DNA of 64,000 nucleotides from an uncultured bacterium (GCA_964607485.1 CAZSKP010000009.1:64001-128000); one strand, 5' to 3'; positions 1-9,500 are shown, numbered from the stretch's first letter. The notes: generated from the sequence alone by a model not told the origin. A program made the numbers and translations.

Positions 1-51
1 TGCTGAGCCTGCGCCGGCGAACCTCTATCGACGATGCAGGAGCGTTGAAGG

Positions 52-642
52 ATGAAGCGTATCGTGAGCGTCGATACCGCGCGGCCCGACAGGGTGCCGC
101 CCGGTCAGAGGGTGATAGAACGGTTCCCGGTGCTCACCCACGGCTCGACGCCCCAGACGGACCTGAAGCGATGGAGCTTCAGGATATTCGGACTTGTCGA
201 AAAGGAAGTTACACTCTCCTACGAAGATTTCATGTCGCTGCCCAAGGTTGAGGTCCGCGCGGATTTCCACTGTGTGACCACGTGGAGCCGGCTCGACAAC
301 CTGTGGGAAGGCGTCTCCTGGAGCGAGCTGCTCTCGCTCGTCAATCCGCTTGATACCGCAAAGCACGTGATGATCCATTGCGAACAGGGCTACACGACGA
401 ACGTCCCCCTGGCCGACATGAACCGTGAGGACGTGCTGTTCGCCTACAAACACGACGGTGAGGAACTCACTCCCGACCACGGATGGCCGCTCAGGTCGAT
501 CGTGCCCGCGCTGTATGCATGGAAGAGCGCGAAGTGGGCGCAGGGCGTCGAGTTCATGGAGGAAGAGCGGCCCGGCTTCTGGGAGATGCACGGCTATCAC
601 ATCCACGGAGACCCGTGGAAAGAAGAACGCTACAGCGAATAG
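52..642 (+). CDS. Molybdopterin-dependent sulfite oxidase-like oxidoreductase (MsrP/YedY-like catalytic domain)
   Basis: Motifs PPGQ, DFHCVTTWS (Moco Cys), HGWPLR, WKSAKW and GFWE..GYH. Confidence 0.9.
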   Translation: MKRIVSVDTARPDRVPPGQRVIERFPVLTHGSTPQTDLKRWSFRIFGLVEKEVTLSYEDFMSLPKVEVRADFHCVTTWSRLDNLWEGVSWSELLSLVNPLDTAKHVMIHCEQGYTTNVPLADMNREDVLFAYKHDGEELTPDHGWPLRSIVPALYAWKSAKWAQGVEFMEEERPGFWEMHGYHIHGDPWKEERYSE

Positions 643-647
643 CGAAG

Positions 648-863
648 GCGGGGTCAGGTCTTGCATTGCAACATTCTTCATGATACTGCGTTGGCATGTC
701 GAGACCGTTGCGCATAGAGTCCCAAGGCGCGGTGCGTCACCTCGCCGCGTGAGGAAATACCCGACAGCAGATATTCTTGGATAATACGAACAGGCAGGAA
801 TTTCTCCAGGCGCTCGGGCGAGTAGAAAAGGACTGAATGTTGCAATGCAAGACCTGACCCCGC
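648..863. mobile_element. Non-autonomous element: perfect 29-bp terminal inverted repeats enclosing a RAYT transposase 5' remnant
   Basis: 648-676 GCGGGGTCAGGTCTTGCATTGCAACATTC is the exact reverse complement of 835-863. Confidence 0.8.
696..836 (+). pseudogene. Truncated REP-associated tyrosine (Y1/HUH) transposase N-terminus
   Basis: Translates in one frame as MSRPLRIESQGAVRHLAA*GNTRQQIFLDNTNRQEFLQALGRVEKD*. This resembles the RAYT N-terminus MARPLRIE..GA.YHV..RGN.RQ.IF.D..DR..FL, with TGA at 750 where Arg is expected. Confidence 0.8.
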
Positions 864-868
864 TTATT

Positions 869-1060
869 TCATGTTTCAACTTCAGATTCCGCCCGGTGGT
901 GAAGATAGGTCTGTAATTCCTTCAGGCAGGTGTCAATCTTCTCGACGACTTCTCTCTGATCTTTCGCCAACTTCCCGTGAAATTCCAAGAGCAGATTCTG
1001 AGCCAGCGACATGGCCGGAGCGACGATGTTGGCGATGTCGTGAATTTCCTTGCGCGTCAT
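869..1060 (-). CDS. Small (63 aa) stand-alone HisKA/DHp-like protein
   Basis: ATG at 1060 with a GAGGAG RBS; HDIANIVAP is H-box-like and is followed by GKLAKDQREVVEKI. Confidence 0.6.
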   Translation of the reverse strand: MTRKEIHDIANIVAPAMSLAQNLLLEFHGKLAKDQREVVEKIDTCLKELQTYLHHRAESEVET

Positions 1061-1159
1061 CCCGCTTTTCTCCTCATCCGGTCCTCTCCTCTCCCGAAGT
1101 ACTGCGCGGCCACGGATAGCTCGCGTCATCCGGCATTCCTGAAGCCGCGGGCTCGACGG

Positions 1160-2377
1160 TCACCCCAATTCCCACAGCGAAATCGAGCGAAGCCGCCTGC
1201 GCCGGAACTCAAGCTTGCGCCCGCTGCCCCAGGCAATGAGCTTTTCGCGCGCAAAAGCGCTGTCTTTCCTGTGAGTCATCATGCGGCAATCCTCCCCCAG
1301 CAGCCTCACCGCCTCCTTCGCGCCTTCCAGGAAGAATTTCGCCTTCTTGGGAAGAGGCATCGTCTTGACAAACCGGCGCGACGGGCTGGCGGGCATGAGT
1401 CCTGCGAAGGCGTGTACGGCGCCCTCGATCCCCGCGATGTGGGCTCCGACTCGATAGTCAAGAGGGGAGAAGAACGACTCGAACGTGTAGGACGGAATCC
1501 CCAGCGAGAGTGTCAGCCAATCGCTGAGCACCATCCTGCCTTTTCTGAACTCGGTCAGCAGCGGACCCGAAATCTCCCTGCCCTCGCCTTTCGTTATGGT
1601 TTGAGGTATGGGCACGAAAAGTTTTCGGAGGAACCTGCCGACGTTGCTCACCTTCCGGGGCACGTAATAGTTGCGCTTCAGATTCTCGATGATGCGCGCG
1701 CCTACGCTCTCGCCGAGCTCGCGCTGCGAGTCGGGGATGAACTCTATCACCGTCACCTCGAAATTGTTGGGCAGGAACCGCCATTGCTGAGGCAATTGAA
1801 ACCTGACGCCCGGCCTGTAGAACAGCGTCTCGTGCAGGTCGAGCGAAAGCGCGGCGCGTTGTTCCAACAGATATTTCTTAAGCGCCCTCGTCTCCGGCGG
1901 CAGGAACTCGTCGGGCCGGCACCAGACCGCGTTGACATCCTCCCAGTTGCTCTCCGAGTAATCCTCCCGAATCTCGGTGTTGCCGATGGGATCGACGCAC
2001 TTCACCCCGCGGCAGTCGTAGCCGTCGGGGTCGAGACACGGAAGCAGGATGAACTGCACGTTTCTCAGTATGCGTTCGAGCGACCCGTTGGGCTGAGCAA
2101 GCCTGCGCGCTATGGAAAGCAGCGCCAGCGGCGGCGCATCCTCGCGGCCGTGATTCGCCGCGGTGAGAAGAATCTTATGGCTTGTCCCGGCCGACCCGGC
2201 CTTGACCGCGTAAATCGGACGGCCCATCTTCGAGCGGGCTATCTCCTCGACGGAAAGGCGGTCGCCGAGAGCCGCGAAACCGGCCTCAAGGTCGGAGTAG
2301 CGCTTGAATTCGTTCAGCTCCTTGATGGGCGGATATTTGTCGAACAGTTCGGTCATCTTTCGAGCCTCATGATACAC
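1160..2377 (-). CDS. M14 zinc carboxypeptidase / succinylglutamate desuccinylase-family protein
   Basis: HGRE zinc motif, PCLDPDG, LDLHE and late catalytic Glu (YTFES); start may be the second Met. Confidence 0.8.
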   Translation of the reverse strand: MYHEARKMTELFDKYPPIKELNEFKRYSDLEAGFAALGDRLSVEEIARSKMGRPIYAVKAGSAGTSHKILLTAANHGREDAPPLALLSIARRLAQPNGSLERILRNVQFILLPCLDPDGYDCRGVKCVDPIGNTEIREDYSESNWEDVNAVWCRPDEFLPPETRALKKYLLEQRAALSLDLHETLFYRPGVRFQLPQQWRFLPNNFEVTVIEFIPDSQRELGESVGARIIENLKRNYYVPRKVSNVGRFLRKLFVPIPQTITKGEGREISGPLLTEFRKGRMVLSDWLTLSLGIPSYTFESFFSPLDYRVGAHIAGIEGAVHAFAGLMPASPSRRFVKTMPLPKKAKFFLEGAKEAVRLLGEDCRMMTHRKDSAFAREKLIAWGSGRKLEFRRRRLRSISLWELG

Positions 2378-3834
2378 TCGCCCGGCTCTTTGAATTCTCT
2401 CTGATGGAACACGGCCTTCGACTGGTACACATCGGCCACGCCGTTCCAGCCGAAGTGGAGCGCCCTGTGAAAGGTTTCGGTGTAGGCGTCCACAAGGTTA
2501 TTCGTATTTTTCACGAGCTCGTTCAGCTCGGCCAGCTTCTCGTCTTCGACCAACGAAGGCGATGCAAAATCCTCGAAGATTCTGTCGAAGCCTTTCGCAA
2601 TATCGGAAAAGTGCTTCCTGACGCTCCGGCTCAGCAGCAGACTCGCGACAAACGTGGCGACGCCGAACAGCAGGATGGGCGAGATGAAGAGCGACCCCTT
2701 GAAAAGACCGAACACGCTGTCGAGTATGCCCACCGCGATGAGTATTATCGGAATCTGGCGTTTCTCAAAGGATACGAGCTGGCCCAGCTTCATCGCCTGG
2801 AATTTCCTCCGCGAGTAAGCAGTAATGTACAGGCTCTGCGAGAGCTTCGACCTGATTTTCGCCACGTCGAGCTTCTCGGGCACGCGGATGACGTTGTCTA
2901 TCTCGACATTCCTCTCGCTGACAAGGTGCGCGATGGGATGCAGAGCGGGCGGGATGAAGCTCATCGGAAACCATTCCCCGTCGGAAAATTCGTCGGCCAG
3001 GTATATCTCGTAGGACTTTTGCGTCGGCAGCACAATCAGCTCTATCGAACGGTGGTGGCTGCTTTGCTTCAGCAGAGGCGCCTTCCGAACGCTCCGCTCG
3101 GGAATCCGTATGCGCTTGGCGTCCTCGTCGCTGAACAGGACTTTCAGAAAACGGAGCGCGCTCATCAGGAAACCACGGCGGGGTTTGCTGTCCTCGAACT
3201 GGGCGTAGTAGTACCGCTCGACCGATTCGAGCCCCTCTTCGTTGGGCACGGCGGCCAGCTTCAGGTAGATGTCCTGCGTGCTCCCATCGATTCTGTCGAA
3301 GCACTGGACGACCCGGTCCACTCCCGCCGCCGTCTCGTCGTCCCCGCCTCGCACAACCTTCAGGCTGTTGGAAATCTCACAGGCGCAATCCTTGAATTTT
3401 GCGGCGACCGCCAGCTTCTTCACGCGCGCATACGTGTGGATCACGTTGAACACCATGTAAGGCAACAGCAGCGGCAGCAGCAGAGGTTTCACCACGGCGA
3501 GCACGACGCAGCCCGAAAGCCACGCGAACTCCAGCACGCTCGAAAGCAGCCCGACATGCATCAGCTCATCCTGATTGAGCGCCAGGCTGTCCCAATCCTT
3601 CTTCATCTGGCGCTCGACCTCCCTCAGGTCTTCTTCGGCGGGGCGACCGTGAAGGAAAGCAGTCACTGAAAACGAATCCAGGTTCGCAAGAGCGGCGACC
3701 TCGTTCATTAGGTCCACGTAGTGCGAGAGCAGCACGTATTCCTTCTGCCCTATGACGGGCAGATACGCGGCGGCCATGGTCACACGGGCCTCGTTCCGTT
3801 CAACCTCGACCGTATGAAACGTTTCCGCCTTCAC
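2353..3834 (-). CDS. Hypothetical membrane protein built from two tandem homologous halves
   Basis: 493-aa ORF overlapping both neighbours, with two hydrophobic hairpins. Confidence 0.75.
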   Translation of the reverse strand: MKAETFHTVEVERNEARVTMAAAYLPVIGQKEYVLLSHYVDLMNEVAALANLDSFSVTAFLHGRPAEEDLREVERQMKKDWDSLALNQDELMHVGLLSSVLEFAWLSGCVVLAVVKPLLLPLLLPYMVFNVIHTYARVKKLAVAAKFKDCACEISNSLKVVRGGDDETAAGVDRVVQCFDRIDGSTQDIYLKLAAVPNEEGLESVERYYYAQFEDSKPRRGFLMSALRFLKVLFSDEDAKRIRIPERSVRKAPLLKQSSHHRSIELIVLPTQKSYEIYLADEFSDGEWFPMSFIPPALHPIAHLVSERNVEIDNVIRVPEKLDVAKIRSKLSQSLYITAYSRRKFQAMKLGQLVSFEKRQIPIILIAVGILDSVFGLFKGSLFISPILLFGVATFVASLLLSRSVRKHFSDIAKGFDRIFEDFASPSLVEDEKLAELNELVKNTNNLVDAYTETFHRALHFGWNGVADVYQSKAVFHQREFKEPGECIMRLER

Positions 3835-5164
3835 TACTGACGCCTCCCGATATGGACGCCAACGCGCTCGCGCGCTCCCGCTCGGTCAAGAGGAGGGTGC
3901 TCGACGCATCGGGCACTATATAGGTTGTGAAATCCTTCCGCAAGTTATCGGTCGCGGTGCGATAAGCCTGTTGAAAAGAGGCGCAGGGTCGCATCCTCAT
4001 CCGTTCAACGTCGGATGGATTCAATCCGGAAACCAGAGCGATGTTCACCGTCGTCGCTTTTTCGAACGCGGCGTACGCGGTCTGTCCGTAAATCTCGTAG
4101 TTCGCCCGGAGCTCCTCCTCAAACTCCGCCGCATCGTCGAACCTGAACCAGTCGATGAATCCCGGATAGCCGAGCCCGTCGCCGCACTCGGCGACGACGA
4201 GCATCCAGCCGCCCGGCCTGGTGACCGGATGCGCGCTGTGGATCGCCTTGTGAGCCTGTATGAAGTTGATGTCCTTCGGGCTTCCGCCGCAGCTCACGAT
4301 TGTGAGGTCCGCCGGCTCCGCCACGACCACGCTGAAGTTGTCGATGTAATGAGCGCACGCGACCTCGTGCGCCGCGACGAAATCGCCCGCAAACGCCGCC
4401 GCCACGGTCTTCTCCGGCCCGACGATGGTGTTCAACATGAAGTGGGGGCCCACCATTTTGGCGGCCTCGAGCATGTCCTCGTGCACCGGGTTGCCCGCCA
4501 GGCGCGCAACGCGCGCGCCAGCATTCCTGCCCCGCGCGGGCGACGGCTCGAACACGAGCATATGGCTCTGCAAGTTTGCCTCGAGCGAACACACGCCCGG
4601 CATTATACTCTTTCGGCCTCCACCGAAGCCCGCATAGTAATGCGGGCCGACCGCGCCGGTGAGGATGACTTTGTCCGCTTCGGCAACTGTCCGGTTCACG
4701 GCGACCTCCGTCCCCCTCGAGGTCGTGCCGTAGGAAACGAGCCCGGCACGGTCGCGGGCGTCGTGGTCGATGGGACGAATCCGCTCGTAGAGCGCGTCTC
4801 CCAGCAGACTGCGATGCTCCCCCTCGGTCTGCGGCCGGTGTATGCCCAGTGCGATTACTATGGCGATATCGCGGTCGGGTATTCCCGCCGCATTCAGCTC
4901 CTCCACGAGAATCGGCAGAAATACGTCGCTCGCCGTCGAGCGAGTGATGTCCGAGGCGACGATGGCGACCCTGTCCCCTCGCGAGACAATCTCGCTCAGC
5001 GGAGGCGAACCGATGGGATTCTCGAGCGCGTGCCTCATGAGGTCGGCGGCGTCGGAGGCGGGCTTGGGGCGACGCGGAAGAAGGACTCTCGGTTCTTGCC
5101 CGCAATTCACATCTGCTTCTATTTCTTTCCCACCGTATTTCAGCCGAAACCGGCGGCTGCTCAT
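3800..5164 (-). CDS. larA: Nickel-dependent lactate racemase family protein (LarA homolog)
   Basis: ALENPIGSPPL, SDITR, ALGIHR, DHD, HYYAGFGGGRKS and GNPVHEDM. Confidence 0.9.
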   Translation of the reverse strand: MSSRRFRLKYGGKEIEADVNCGQEPRVLLPRRPKPASDAADLMRHALENPIGSPPLSEIVSRGDRVAIVASDITRSTASDVFLPILVEELNAAGIPDRDIAIVIALGIHRPQTEGEHRSLLGDALYERIRPIDHDARDRAGLVSYGTTSRGTEVAVNRTVAEADKVILTGAVGPHYYAGFGGGRKSIMPGVCSLEANLQSHMLVFEPSPARGRNAGARVARLAGNPVHEDMLEAAKMVGPHFMLNTIVGPEKTVAAAFAGDFVAAHEVACAHYIDNFSVVVAEPADLTIVSCGGSPKDINFIQAHKAIHSAHPVTRPGGWMLVVAECGDGLGYPGFIDWFRFDDAAEFEEELRANYEIYGQTAYAAFEKATTVNIALVSGLNPSDVERMRMRPCASFQQAYRTATDNLRKDFTTYIVPDASSTLLLTERERASALASISGGVSSEGGNVSYGRG

Positions 5165-5311
5165 CTGATGCCCACCAACGGCGCGTTCAGGCCGGAGTTG
5201 CTGTTCGGAAATTCAAGAGAGTTGACCATTCAAACTTCACCCTGTATCATTATACGGCTTGGCCGTCGCGGCCAAAGGGAAAGTTACATCCTCATCCTTC
5301 CGGGAGGTCTA

Positions 5312-6556
5312 ATGAAACGCCCGAACAAAGTGTTTTTCGGCTGGTTCATAGTCGCCGCAAGCTTCCTCGTCGTCTTCTCGCTCAACGGAGTTATTATAAA
5401 TACATTCGGTGTGTTCTTCAAGCCCGTCTCGGAGAGCATGGGGTGGAGTCGCGCGACGTTCAGCGCAACTCTCGCTATAGGCGCGCTGGCGATGGCGGCG
5501 GGAGCCCCTTTCGTGGGCAGAATGATAGACACAATCGGCGCAAGCAAGACGATGCTCGCGGGCTGCCTGCTCTGCGGCGGAGGGATGGCCGCGCTTGGCG
5601 CAGCCACAAGATTGGAGCATTTCTATATTTTGTTTGCCATAGTTGGCCTTGGATTGTCGGCCTCGACCATGATCCCGGTTTCGCTCCTGATCGCGAACTG
5701 GTTTGTGCGCAAACGTGGAATCGCCATGGGCGCGGCATTCACCGGCACGAGCATCGGGGGCATGATCATGAATCCGGTGAACACCTACCTGGTGCAGACG
5801 TTCGATTGGCGAAAATCGTATGTGATACTCGGCGCGGCAATCCTGCTGGTGACGGTCCCGTTGGTCCTTTTCGTTATAAGGACCCGGCCTTCCGACGTAG
5901 GCTTGCTTCCCGACGGCGACGAGGCCGGGGAAAAGGAAGTCAAGGAGCTCACGGGACACACCCTGAACCAAGCCTTCCGAACTCCGGCCTTCTGGTTCAT
6001 AGCGGCAAACATGTTTCTGGTGACCGTGATGTCCCAGGCCATCGGAGTACACTGCATTCCGTATCTCACCGATATCGGACATTCGGAGATGACCGCCGCC
6101 TTCGTCTTCGGCGCGTCGCTGGGCTTCATGACTATCGGCAAGGTGGGCCTTGGCGTGTACGCCGACCGGTGGGGTGCGCGACCCACGTTTGTTTACAGCA
6201 TCGTCGTGACCGCCGTGGGGATCGGCATACTCATGCTTGCCAAACCTCTCTGGGTGGCAATGCTGTTCGCGGTCGTATTCGGATTCGCTCAGGGCGGCCC
6301 GCTCACACTCACGCCTATGGTGACGGCGGATTGCCACGGATTATCCAATTTTGGCTCCATTTTTGGGACGCTGACCTTCTTCTCAATCGTCGGAGCCGCC
6401 GTCGGCCCCGTGGTCGTCGGGAAAATGTACGACGCCACACAGCCTCACACGTATCAGGGCGCCTTCGCCCTGCTCATCATCATTACACTGATGAGCGCAT
6501 ACTGCATTTACAGAGCCAAACCCACTGAAGAATTCGGACATGTGACCGGCGAATGA
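5312..6556 (+). CDS. MFS transporter (OFA/MCT-like)
   Basis: ATG 5312 after GGAGG; FFGWFIV N-terminus, GRMIDTIG motif A, NWFVRKRG and about 12 hydrophobic segments. Confidence 0.9.
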   Translation: MKRPNKVFFGWFIVAASFLVVFSLNGVIINTFGVFFKPVSESMGWSRATFSATLAIGALAMAAGAPFVGRMIDTIGASKTMLAGCLLCGGGMAALGAATRLEHFYILFAIVGLGLSASTMIPVSLLIANWFVRKRGIAMGAAFTGTSIGGMIMNPVNTYLVQTFDWRKSYVILGAAILLVTVPLVLFVIRTRPSDVGLLPDGDEAGEKEVKELTGHTLNQAFRTPAFWFIAANMFLVTVMSQAIGVHCIPYLTDIGHSEMTAAFVFGASLGFMTIGKVGLGVYADRWGARPTFVYSIVVTAVGIGILMLAKPLWVAMLFAVVFGFAQGGPLTLTPMVTADCHGLSNFGSIFGTLTFFSIVGAAVGPVVVGKMYDATQPHTYQGAFALLIIITLMSAYCIYRAKPTEEFGHVTGE

Positions 6557-6618
6557 TATCTTGTTGGTAACGGCTGAACGCACGGGCGCGTGCCGGAATG
6601 CGCGGTGAAGGAGGAGAC

Positions 6619-8154
6619 ATGGCTGCCGCTGATACAAGAGAGCGTTGGGATGTGATAGTGGTGGGCTCGGGCCTGGGAGGGCTGAGCTGCGGAGCGCTTC
6701 TTGCGAAGAACGGCAAGAAAGTGCTCGTCCTGGAAAGGCACAGCAAGGTCGGCGGCTATGCGCACCAGTTCACCCGAAAAGCGGGAGCCGACATAAAATA
6801 CCGTTTCGACGTCGCGCTGCACGTGACCGGCGCCATGGATGAAGGAGCCTCGTCGCGACGTATCCTGGAGGAGATTGGAGTCTGGGACCGAATCCGGGTC
6901 AAGCGTCTCGACGTTATGTGCCGTTCGAGCTTCCCCGATTTTGAAATGGTCGTTCCGGCGGACAAGGAGCTGTTTCGGCAGAAGCTCGTTGCTCAGTTTC
7001 CGGAGGAAAGGGACGGCATCGACTCGCTCTTCGGCACCATCGACAAGTTTGCGGAAGAGGTCGGCGCACTTATGAAGGCCTCAGTTCCGGGCGAGGCGCC
7101 GTCGCCCGACTTCGCGGAGAGGTATCCCACCGTCATGAAGTACATGGCCGCGACGCTCCATCAGTTCGTGTCGGAGCACGTGACCAATGAAAAAGTCGCC
7201 GCCGTGTTCTGCCAACCGTGGCCCTACTTGGGACTCCCCCCGAAGCGGGTGTCGGCCTTCCTCTACCTGCAGATGTGGCTCAGTTTTTTCACGGGCGGAA
7301 CATACTACATTCAGGGCGGCGGCTACGCCCTCAGCAGAGCCATGAGCGACGCCATCGAGCGACGGGGCGGCAAGGTGCTCACAAGGACGGAGGTGACGCG
7401 GATTCTCACGGAAGGCGGCCGCTGCGCAGGCGTCGAAACAAAGAAGGGCGAAAAGTTCAGCGCGCCGATAATCGTGAGCAACGCGGCCGCGCCCATTACT
7501 TTCGACAAGCTGCTCGACGCCTCCATTGTGGACCCGGCCTACTTGCAGCAGGTCCGAACCAGTGAGGTGTCGGTCTCCATCATCCAGGCGTACATCGGAG
7601 TCAAGGGCACCCCAAGCGAGATCGGGTTCGAGGACCATGAACACTTCATGAATTTCGGATACGACGCCGAAGAAGGGTTTGACCGGATGCTCGAGGGAGA
7701 TTACTCGCAGAGTGCATGTGTGATGGCGAACAACACGTCGGTCAATCCCGACGACACCCCGCCCGGCAGGTCCATAATCGAGATCGCTATTTTCGCGGAC
7801 GGAAAACGCTGGTTCGGTTTCACCGAAGAGGAATACAAGAAGAAGAAGGCCGAGGTGACCGAGCTGCTCATCGACCGCTTCTCCGAAATCATTCCCGACC
7901 TCCGCGACCGCATCGAGGTGATCGAGGTCGGCACACCCCGCACGATGGAACGTTACAGCGGCAACCCGTACGGCGCGGTGTATGGCTACGCGTCCACCCC
8001 GACCGGTCATTCCATATTCAGGCCGAGGCCGGACACTCCGGTGCCGGGCCTTTACCTGGCGAGCGCATGGACGTTCCCGGGACCGGGATTCGGAGGCACG
8101 TTGGCAGGCGGTGCGAACACCGCTCGGATAATCCTGGGGCGAACCGGTGGCTGA
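6619..8154 (+). CDS. FAD-dependent oxidoreductase, phytoene desaturase / retinol saturase family
   Basis: GSGLGG Rossmann motif, LERHSKVGG, TPRTMERY..NPYGAVYG and PVPGLYLA; AGGAGG RBS. Confidence 0.88.
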   Translation: MAAADTRERWDVIVVGSGLGGLSCGALLAKNGKKVLVLERHSKVGGYAHQFTRKAGADIKYRFDVALHVTGAMDEGASSRRILEEIGVWDRIRVKRLDVMCRSSFPDFEMVVPADKELFRQKLVAQFPEERDGIDSLFGTIDKFAEEVGALMKASVPGEAPSPDFAERYPTVMKYMAATLHQFVSEHVTNEKVAAVFCQPWPYLGLPPKRVSAFLYLQMWLSFFTGGTYYIQGGGYALSRAMSDAIERRGGKVLTRTEVTRILTEGGRCAGVETKKGEKFSAPIIVSNAAAPITFDKLLDASIVDPAYLQQVRTSEVSVSIIQAYIGVKGTPSEIGFEDHEHFMNFGYDAEEGFDRMLEGDYSQSACVMANNTSVNPDDTPPGRSIIEIAIFADGKRWFGFTEEEYKKKKAEVTELLIDRFSEIIPDLRDRIEVIEVGTPRTMERYSGNPYGAVYGYASTPTGHSIFRPRPDTPVPGLYLASAWTFPGPGFGGTLAGGANTARIILGRTGG

Positions 8155-8223
8155 AGACAGAAAAACCGCCGGGCGACCCAACGTCATCACGTGCGCACTG
8201 CGGCGGTAACCCTGAAAAACCGC

Positions 8224-8267
8224 GCGGGCACAAGCCACCATGGGGCGGTAGTTCGGCTTGTGCCCGC
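8224..8267. terminator. 13-bp stem hairpin between convergent genes
   Basis: GCGGGCACAAGCC (8224-8236) pairs with GGCTTGTGCCCGC (8255-8267). Confidence 0.55.
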
Positions 8268-8298
8268 ATTCTATGTGTGTGAGGGTGGATCGCCCGCG

Positions 8299-8433
8299 CT
8301 AGAACTTTCTCCTTTTGAATCCCAATTTCTCCAGCGCCCTCAAAGCCTCCCGTCGGCTAGAGGCGCGCACGACTTCGACCTTGCTCACCATCGGGCTGTC
8401 GGGCGAGTGAATGAAAACCATGTACTCTTTCAC
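8299..8433 (-). CDS. Small basic hypothetical protein (44 aa)
   Basis: GTG start with a strong AAGGAGG RBS, a sigma54 promoter upstream and a hairpin downstream. Confidence 0.55.
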   Translation of the reverse strand: MKEYMVFIHSPDSPMVSKVEVVRASSRREALRALEKLGFKRRKF

Positions 8434-8470
8434 GACCTCTCCTCCTTGGTTGTGTGAAAACATGCAGAGG

Positions 8471-8485
8471 GCAATATTTATGCCA
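8471..8485 (-). promoter_or_regulatory. Sigma54 (-24/-12) promoter
   Basis: Minus strand reads TGGCAT-AAATA-TTGC, matching TGGCAC-N5-TTGC. Confidence 0.7.
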
Positions 8486-8726
8486 TCGACAGCCTGACCA
8501 GCGCTAAATCCATTCACAGCAAATATTTGCGTCTGTTTACCTTAAGTTGCTCTTGTTGAATGTTCGGCGGTCGAATGGAGTTTTTTGCCGCCCCAAGGTC
8601 AGGTAATTTCCCCCTCCTCACTGTCGGGCAAGCAGGATCGCACTTTGGAACTTGGATTCGGCCGTGGTAGAATCTCATGGTTACATTGAATCGCGCGATG
8701 GGGACACGGGGCGAGGGTATTCGCTT

Positions 8727-9500
8727 ATGCAGTATCTGTTCGGTGATTCAGACCTGGCCGCGTACCGGCTTAAGGTTCTGGCCGATGTGTACGCCGAATC
8801 GACCAGGAATTTTGTTCTCGATGCGGTCATCGAAAGGCCGCGTCTGGCCGTGGATATGGGCTGCGGGCCGGGTTATACGACACATCTGCTGGCCGGCCTG
8901 CTTCAGTGCGAACGCACCGTGGGGTTTGACAGCTCGGAGCATTTCATATCACTCGCTCGGAAAACGGAAACGGACGCACTGTCTTTCCGGCTCCATGATG
9001 TCACATCGGTTCCATTTCCCGTGGGACCCGCCGACCTCCTCTTCTGCCGGTTCCTGCTGACCCACTTGAGAGACCCGCAGGCGGTCGTCGCGAGATGGGC
9101 CACGCAACTGGCGCCGAAAGGGCTCCTCCTGATGGAGGAAGTGGAGTGGATACACTCGCAGAATCGGGTGTTCCGCACGTACCTCAACATTGTCGAGGCC
9201 ATGCTGGAGCATAAGTCGGGCAGGCTGTACGTGGGCCAGACCCTCGACCGACTCAGCGACGACAGCGCCTTTGAACGAAGGATAAGCCAGGTGGTCCGTC
9301 TGCGGGTGTCGAACCGCGACGCGGCAACGATGTTCTATCTGAATATCCGGACATGGAAACTCCAGCCCTTCATCAGGACAAATTATCCCTCCTCGATGAT
9401 TGAACAACTGGAAGAAGACTTGAAGACCCTCGCCGGGAGGCGGGACGATGCGAGCGAGATCGAGTGGGGCATGAGACAAATCGTCTTTGAAAGAACATGA
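8727..9500 (+). CDS. Class I SAM-dependent methyltransferase
   Basis: VDMGCGPG motif I, GFDSS, HDVT and CRFLLTHL. Confidence 0.88.
   Translation: MQYLFGDSDLAAYRLKVLADVYAESTRNFVLDAVIERPRLAVDMGCGPGYTTHLLAGLLQCERTVGFDSSEHFISLARKTETDALSFRLHDVTSVPFPVGPADLLFCRFLLTHLRDPQAVVARWATQLAPKGLLLMEEVEWIHSQNRVFRTYLNIVEAMLEHKSGRLYVGQTLDRLSDDSAFERRISQVVRLRVSNRDAATMFYLNIRTWKLQPFIRTNYPSSMIEQLEEDLKTLAGRRDDASEIEWGMRQIVFERT

Noticed and set aside
750-752. In-frame TGA as possible selenocysteine or readthrough
   Set aside because: It aligns to Arg (CGA>TGA) in a truncated transposase, so it is a simple nonsense change
977-3669. Long plus-strand ORFs (475 and 421 aa)
   Set aside because: They are antisense shadows of the minus-strand genes in GC-rich DNA and carry no recognisable motifs
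3971-5311. Apparent 447-aa N-terminal extension of the MFS transporter
   Set aside because: It lies antisense to larA; the real start is ATG 5312 with an RBS
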